From NCBI RefSeq assembly GCF_964204645.1, contig NC_134029.1, forward strand, positions 16,796,950 through 16,860,949: 64,000 bases of DNA. The letters run 5' to 3'. How positions within the stretch are numbered: position 1 is the stretch's first letter; each line of letters begins with the position of its first letter. Positions 62,064 through 64,000 of the stretch are shown here, in pieces. The notes beneath the pieces are model-generated. The model was not told the origin of the DNA. It was given only the letters and a program-made list of their open reading frames with translations, and ran no database searches. The position numbers were made by a program, and so were the translations under genes. This stretch comes from Tubulanus polymorphus (taxonomy: Eukaryota; Animalia; Nemertea).

Positions 62064-63107
62064 TTAAGCACCATTGATGTAATGGTAAGAGGCATCTGGT
62101 ATGATTCAGCCAAGTCTGTTGTCTCACATATGCCCTCTGGAGGTGCTACAGAGCTCTCCTGTGACATGTTGCTACTATAGGCTAGCCTGATTGCTAGCTC
62201 AATATTTTAGCGATGGAGAAGAAATATTTTCCAGTGACAAATAGCCGGGGAAGAGATTTCTGATTTTAACTTCTTGGCCAGTAGGCCCTGAGGGGTACTG
62301 ATGTCGCCATCATCCATCCTTCCATCCATGCGGGCGTTGAGGAAGAGCTCATTCCTTATATGTACATTTTAGAGTTTTGACCCACTTTTCCCATTAATTG
62401 GTTTAGGCCTATGGATTCTTGATGGGAGTTGGATATCCTCCATTGTTTTTGACTTGCCCAAGATAGTCACCACAGCCATTTTGGGTGAGGCAGGTGTTTT
62501 GCACCTATGTTTCCTGCTCTAGATTGTACAGTTTTGGATCAAGTTTCCTCGAAACTTAAGCTAAGCTCAGGTCGTGTTATGTCCCGATCATCTCGCCATA
62601 AGAACATTGGTAGTAAACACGTGACCGCTGATTGCCGATTCGTTTGTTGCAACGCCGTAAGAGCACTCGGGTCGACTACGACTCGGTCATCGGCGAGTCT
62701 AAAGGTCATGTGATGCATAACTCTTTGACGACGATCTGATCGTAGAATTCGAACTCATTCTATCCATGCGGTTTCGGCTTACGATGGGCCTACGATCAAT
62801 CCATTGCGGTCGTAAATAAACTCGTAAAAGTTTCAAAAAAGTTTCCCGATGCAAAAATTGCAGACTGTTCCGAAAAGATGATCGGGTTGTCAGTCGACCT
62901 GAGCAATATTTGTAGAGCTTTCACATGCCGGCCGAGGCGTGTTGCTGGTGTAGCTATAGTTTGTAAAAATCGAAATTATCGTGCTTAACTCATTAACTCC
63001 GGAATACCCAAATTAAAAATCTCGCGCAGCATACGGAATTTCCGCCATTTTGGTTAACAAGGGATTCCCCCTCTGGTACTTCGCATGATCAATAGTGTCT
63101 ATGACGC

Positions 63108-63323
63108 AGAACGATAACCACACTCAAATGTGGTGAAAGGATAATAAGATAAAACCCACTATCTACAGATTAAAAGAATTTAAAAACAAGAATTTATTTA
63201 TTCAAGTGACGATGATCTCTAGGGTGAGATCGAAACGTCGTGTCTTATATATATTTTAGATTGAATAAATAAATTCTTGTTTTTAAATTCTTTTAATCTG
63301 TAAATAGTGGGTTTTTATCTTAT
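63108..63323 (+). mobile_element. Miniature Penelope-type insertion (inverted terminal fragments only)
   Basis: 15-bp TSD TAGTGTCTATGACGC (63093-63107, 63324-63338); ~60-bp inverted arms; clipped hammerhead core TGACGA-T-GATCTC/GAGATC-GAAACGTC. Confidence 0.75.
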
Positions 63324-64000
63324 TAGTGTCTATGACGCGTTGCGTACGGGATTCCATGGAATTCCCTTACATAATTTATGATAATATTGTGTACTTGTAT
63401 TCTGATTGGTTAAAATCACGTGTAGTTCAAACGTAGGCAGTGTTTACATTTGTGACATCATGAAAGCCGCTCTTAGCGGCTTTGTGTATGCAACGGTAAA
63501 TACCGGCGAGCCGCTGACAGCCGCTTAACATATTCATTGAGTTAAGTAATGTTAGTTAGACATTTGGGCATGATCGGTTGATGTGATCAAAACTGGTCAA
63601 ATATGGCCACTTTGCCAGTTGATAAAAAAGTAATTCATTGAATATTCGTTTCGAACTAGCACTTTATAATTTTCAGCTGGTAAGAACTATTCAAATTGCC
63701 AAGAGCCAGTTTACGTGGATTTGCAATTTTGACATTACTTTAGATCAAGACTTCTATAAATTTTTAGGCCAGTTCTAGGCTGAGCCTATTAATATACTGA
63801 TGGCATAGTACTTACATGACATAGTTTCCAGATGAAAGGCTTTTTCACTGTGCAACTGAGCATGTATTCATACAAATCATGCATTCAAGCATTATCCATT
63901 TTCCAATTCCTAGGAAGCCAGATTTTGAAAAAGGCTTCAGCATAACAGTAGGTTTTTCATGAAAATCTAAACGCAAAAATATCAGTTTTATAAAGCCTAA

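Overview
Eukaryotic genomic DNA from an invertebrate animal (spliceosomal introns, C2H2 zinc-finger genes, MYEF2/hnRNP-M and CRTC orthologues, many MITEs). Bases 1 to ~16135 are a very AT-rich, intronless, gene-dense, partly decayed endogenous Polinton/Maverick-like viral element whose left end lies outside the window. It carries two inverted, order-permuted copies of an integrase/packaging-ATPase module, a penton-like gene, several membrane proteins, zinc-finger proteins and an HNH nuclease. No DNA polymerase or major capsid gene is recognisable in the visible part. 16 of its 20 assignable start codons sit in TAAATG, usually behind a T-run, matching poxvirus late-promoter architecture. Its right end is a ~424-bp foldback capped by stacked GC-GNA-GC mini-hairpins, and it is inserted into a BEL/Pao gag remnant. 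The host part contains a 5-exon C2H2-ZF gene with a probable alternative terminal ZF exon, a MYEF2/hnRNP-M gene with two U12 introns at equivalent positions of RRM2 and RRM3, the first exon of CRTC, and many transposon remnants including Penelope copies with hammerhead ribozyme motifs. All calls are by-eye motif reading; no searches were run.
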